From Candidatus Jorgensenbacteria bacterium (GTDB lineage: Bacteria; Patescibacteriota; Minisyncoccia; UBA6257; GWB1-50-10), in contig JBBILW010000003.1 in the NCBI GenBank assembly GCA_037444725.1, positions 1 through 38,804 of the forward strand: DNA of 38,804 nucleotides. The letters run 5' to 3'. Made by a program: the position numbers and the translations under genes. Positions 35,349 to 38,804 of the stretch are shown piece after piece; the first letter of the stretch is position 1, and every line of letters starts with the position of its first letter. The notes beneath the pieces are model-generated. The model was not told the origin of the DNA. It ran no database searches and worked only from the letters and a program-made list of their open reading frames with translations.

Positions 35349-36572
35349 TTATGCGATTTCAAAGAATCTGTGCTTACCGATGCGGACAATGTCGCCCGCG
35401 TGGAGCGTGACCGTGGCGGAACCTTCTGAATGCACCGCATCATTGATTTTCACCGCTTTCTGCTCGATAAGTCTGCGCGCCTCGCTCTTGCTTTCCACGC
35501 CCGCCGCAAGAAGAAGCTCAATGACGGTAAGTTTGTTATTCGAGAGTGCGAGCTTCGGTGCGTCCTCGGGGCGTTCCTTCTTCGAGAAGACCCGCACCCA
35601 TTCTTCTTTTGCTGTTTTCGCTTCTTCTCTCGAGTGGTAGAGGGCGACCGTCTCTTCCGCAATAACGAGTTTCGCATCGCGCGGGTTCACGCCTTTCTTC
35701 ACTTCATTGTAAAGTTCGCGCACCTTGTCCGTCGGCATCGTTGTCGAAAGTTCCGCAACGGTGAATGCGAGTCCGTCGGGGAGCGCCATCATTTTGCCGA
35801 ACATGTCGTTCGGAGCGTCGTCGAGGTTCACTACGGTGCCTTCCGTCTTGCTCATCTTCTTGCCCGTTACGGGGTCCTCGATGAGGCGGTTCGCAATCAC
35901 GAACTTTTCTTTGTTGCGCATTGATTTCATAAGCGTGCGCCCTGCGAGCATATTAAAGGTCTGGTCGGTGCCGCCGATTTCAAGGTCGACGTCCATTGCT
36001 ACCGAATCGTATCCCTGCATGAGCGGATAAAAGAATTCGTGGAGGCCGATTGGCTTTCCCGCCTTGATGCGTTCCTGGAACATGCTCCGCTCAATCATCT
36101 GCTGTACGGTGAAGTTCGCGGCAAGGCGGATGACGTCTTCAAACGTAAGTTTGGCGTTCCAATCCGCATTAAACTTTATTTTTGCGGCATTGGTGCCCGT
36201 GAAGCGCAACACTTTTGATGCTTGCGCCTTAAATGTCTTTAAATTTTCTTTAACCTGCGCTTCGGTAAGCTGCGTGCGTGCGGCCATCTTGTCGGTGGGG
36301 TCGCCGATGCGCCCCGTGAAGTCGCCCATGAGGAGAATGACTTCGTGGCCGAGATCCTGAAAACGGCGGAGCATGAGGATATTTTCCGCGTGGCCGAGGT
36401 GAAGGTGCGGACTTGTGGGGTCGATGCCGAGATAGAGACGGATGCGTTTCCCGGAGAGGAGCACTTTTTCGAGCGCCTCTTTGGTCGGATAGACCATATC
36501 TACGCTGCGCGTTAAAAGTTCCTCAATTGCCGCCTTATTGGTACTTACGGTCGGTGCTTTGCCCCAGTTCAT
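35349..36572 (-). CDS. tyrS: Tyrosine--tRNA ligase
   Basis: GIDPTSPHLHLGH, YPLMQGYDS, GGTDQTFN, KMSKT, C-terminal S4 domain. Confidence 0.97.
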   Translation of the reverse strand: MNWGKAPTVSTNKAAIEELLTRSVDMVYPTKEALEKVLLSGKRIRLYLGIDPTSPHLHLGHAENILMLRRFQDLGHEVILLMGDFTGRIGDPTDKMAARTQLTEAQVKENLKTFKAQASKVLRFTGTNAAKIKFNADWNAKLTFEDVIRLAANFTVQQMIERSMFQERIKAGKPIGLHEFFYPLMQGYDSVAMDVDLEIGGTDQTFNMLAGRTLMKSMRNKEKFVIANRLIEDPVTGKKMSKTEGTVVNLDDAPNDMFGKMMALPDGLAFTVAELSTTMPTDKVRELYNEVKKGVNPRDAKLVIAEETVALYHSREEAKTAKEEWVRVFSKKERPEDAPKLALSNNKLTVIELLLAAGVESKSEARRLIEQKAVKINDAVHSEGSATVTLHAGDIVRIGKHRFFEIA

Positions 36573-36691
36573 ATGGGTTCATAGTACCACGGGACAAACG
36601 CGCTCTTCAACGATTTGCTCCGCTTTACACATTTTGACTGTCATATTAAGTTGGTGATAGCAACTCAAATCGGGGGAGGGAGGTGACTACC

Positions 36692-36853
36692 GTGTCGAGA
36701 ACCAAGTATACCGAGAAGGATGCCGCGAATGAGACGGGCGCCGGTGGCAAGGAAACGGCCCGTGCGTGGCATCAGGCGCGCGAAGATGCGCGGGAAATCG
36801 GGGAGATCCCCCCGAAAAGGGACGACGACAAGGAGGATGACGAGAAGAAGTAG
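36692..36853 (+). CDS. 53-aa hydrophilic small protein MSRTKYTEKDAANETGAGGKETARAWHQAREDAREIGEIPPKRDDDKEDDEKK
   Basis: GGAGGTGA SD, GTG start, terminator gcggaggtc/gacctccgc right after the stop; not in ORF track. Confidence 0.75.
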   Translation: MSRTKYTEKDAANETGAGGKETARAWHQAREDAREIGEIPPKRDDDKEDDEKK

Positions 36854-36929
36854 TTCAGCGGAGGTCGTGATGACCTCCGCCTTTTGTTTTGCTATGCCTG
36901 CCAACGAGTACTATAATCCAATCAACATC

Positions 36930-38192
36930 ATGAAAATCCAAGAAACAGTACGGCATGACGGTTTGCGGATAATTTCGTGTAACTTCCCATCGCAGACGAA
37001 GGTGCTCGTGGGGCTTTCGGCGCTTGTGGGTTCGGCGCATGACCCAGAAAGCCAACAGGGGTTATTTCACTTTTTTGAGCATATGGCATTTAAGGGAACG
37101 AAAAAGAGAAATGCAAGACAAATTAGGGATTTCATGAACAGGAATCTGTTGAATTCCAACGCGACAACCTTTAGAACGCAAACGGAGTATTGGGGCACGG
37201 CGATTGCAAGAAAATTGCATTTGCTCTGCGACATAGTCACTGATATGTACTCGCATTCTACGTTTCCCGCAGCGGAACTGAAGAAGGAAAAGGGGACCGT
37301 GCTGCTTGAATCGGCGCGGAACAGGGATAATGATGCATTTACGGCATATCAGGCACTTCGAGAGCTGTTGTATGCAAAAAATCCTCTTCGTCAATTCAGC
37401 ACTGGTACCGAGGATGGCATCGCGCGCATAACGAGAAAACACCTTTTAAAGGAAAAAGAACGATGGTATGTGCCGTCGAATACTCTAGCAATTGCGATTG
37501 GAAAAGTTTCACATTCCGCATTCGTCCGCGAGATGTCCGAGCACATTCCGGAAAATGCGGCGACGGTGATGCAGCCCGCATGGAACAACGAAATCGATGC
37601 GGTTCCTGAAATAAACCGCCGCATCATTGAACGAAAGGAAATAAAAAAATCGACGATTGTAATGGGATGCAAAATCGCCGACATAGTCAGCGAGCGTGAA
37701 AGTGATATTGAGGATTTTTTAATTCTTCTTCTCGTGAAGGGTTGGAGTTCACGTCTTTGGCACGAAGTGCGGGAAAAGAGAGGATTGGCATATTCGGTTA
37801 CCGGGGGTATTACCAGAATCCGCGGTTTAGGAGCGTATCTTTATGCATATGCCGAGACAAAACCGGGGAAAGAAAAGCTCGTTGAGTCACTGATGAGAAA
37901 AGCATTATTAAGTCCATTAACAGGCAAAGATAAAGCAATATTTGAGGACGCGAGAGAGACGATACTTGATGCGATTGACGCAGGATTTGGAGATAATTTG
38001 GATAAGTGGAATGACATAATCATTGAAACAATAATGAAAGGCGAGTCACTCGCGAGCATAAAGAAATTTTTCCCGAGACACCGGAAGATAGTGAGGTCAT
38101 TGTCGTTAAGCGATGCCGAAAAAATGAGAAAGGAATTATTGAGTTCGGAGCGCCTTGTGACCGTGGTTGTTAAGCCTGAGAGGGTAAAATGA
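36930..38192 (+). CDS. M16 family zinc peptidase (second copy)
   Basis: HFFEHMAFKGT, SSRLWHEVREKRGLAYSV; start MKIQE after TATAAT. Confidence 0.9.
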   Translation: MKIQETVRHDGLRIISCNFPSQTKVLVGLSALVGSAHDPESQQGLFHFFEHMAFKGTKKRNARQIRDFMNRNLLNSNATTFRTQTEYWGTAIARKLHLLCDIVTDMYSHSTFPAAELKKEKGTVLLESARNRDNDAFTAYQALRELLYAKNPLRQFSTGTEDGIARITRKHLLKEKERWYVPSNTLAIAIGKVSHSAFVREMSEHIPENAATVMQPAWNNEIDAVPEINRRIIERKEIKKSTIVMGCKIADIVSERESDIEDFLILLLVKGWSSRLWHEVREKRGLAYSVTGGITRIRGLGAYLYAYAETKPGKEKLVESLMRKALLSPLTGKDKAIFEDARETILDAIDAGFGDNLDKWNDIIIETIMKGESLASIKKFFPRHRKIVRSLSLSDAEKMRKELLSSERLVTVVVKPERVK

Positions 38193-38668
38193 CGCATATG
38201 CAAAAAGCACGCGACAATCACATTTCCTGGGACGAGTGCTTTATGCGCATTGCGCGCGTCATTGCAGACCGTTCGAAGGACCCTTCAACGCAAGCGGGAG
38301 CGCTTGTCGTGGATGGAAACAACGTGGTGGTGGGGCTTGGATATAACGGTTGGCCGAGGGGCATTGAGGCGAACGATTTGCCCTGGGAAAGAGAAGGGGG
38401 GTTTCTCGAAACGAAATACGCGTATGTGTGCCACGCCGAAGAGAATGCAATCTATAATTCCAATAAATCAACGCACGGATGCAAAATATACTGTACATTG
38501 TTTCCGTGCAATGAATGCGCAAAAACCATCATTCAGAATGGCGTGAAAGAGGTGATATACGAGAACGATAAGTATCACGACGAAAAAGAATGCGTCGCAT
38601 CACGCAGATTGTTCGAGGCTGCGGGCATCCCGTGCCGCCAGTACGGCTGTGAGTGGGGAAAGAAATAA
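38189..38668 (+). CDS. dCMP deaminase
   Basis: WDECFM, RSKDPSTQAG, GYNG, HAEENAI, PCNECAK. Confidence 0.93.
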   Translation: MTHMQKARDNHISWDECFMRIARVIADRSKDPSTQAGALVVDGNNVVVGLGYNGWPRGIEANDLPWEREGGFLETKYAYVCHAEENAIYNSNKSTHGCKIYCTLFPCNECAKTIIQNGVKEVIYENDKYHDEKECVASRRLFEAAGIPCRQYGCEWGKK

Positions 38669-38708
38669 AACGCCCGAGGGGGGGGTGCATCAATCTTCAA
38701 TGCACAAA

Positions 38709-38804
38709 ATGACCGACGAATACGGTGGAATAGATAAGAATATTCAGGGAATTGTTACTGCACTCAATGAGCGGGGCATTCTCACGAGTGGATCCTGCGA
38801 GGGG
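38709..38804 (+). CDS. N-terminus of a hypothetical protein (partial)
   Basis: MTDEYGGIDKNIQGIVTALNERGILTSGSCEG, open to the window end. Confidence 0.55.
   Translation, partial: MTDEYGGIDKNIQGIVTALNERGILTSGSCEG

Noticed and set aside
36720-36929. Arg-rich N-terminal extension of the M16 peptidase
   Set aside because: Overlaps a better-supported 53-aa gene and a terminator; the real start is likely 36930
27718-38668. A complete DNA hypermodification operon (aGPT-like + HIT + dCMP deaminase + MazG)
   Set aside because: The genes are separated by tRNAs, terminators and housekeeping genes; no thymidylate synthase homolog or kinase is present

Overview
This 38.8-kb window looks like Patescibacteria/CPR (Parcubacteria-like) chromosome; that is inferred from the short IF-2, alpha2-type GlyRS and typical small CPR proteins. 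It is dominated by translation genes: glyQS, metG, leuS, tyrS, infB, rbfA and 11 tRNAs. It also carries recO, tatD, htrA, two M16 peptidases, aroE-like, MazG, HIT, dCMP deaminase and lipid-modifying enzymes, plus accessory patches. The most striking unexplained structure is a tRNA-trailing element seen four times, after tRNA-Ala(GGC), Arg(GCG), Ser(GCT) and Glu(TTC). Its layout is tRNA, terminator, inverted copy of that tRNA's own T-arm/3' end, structured core, then a direct copy of the same 3' end. The 62-nt core is 60/62 identical between the Ala and Arg loci, while the flanking copies are specific to each host tRNA. No integrase, transposase or reverse transcriptase is in the window. Other notable points: the rbfA stop codon lies inside tRNA-Cys; some CDSs start right at tRNA 3' ends; core genes look leaderless while accessory genes are SD-led; there is a promoter-gene-terminator array of TPM-related paralogs, a lone DNA-hypermodification-family gene beside a Fic gene, and three small ORFs missed by the ORF track. 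All calls are by eye; no searches were run.
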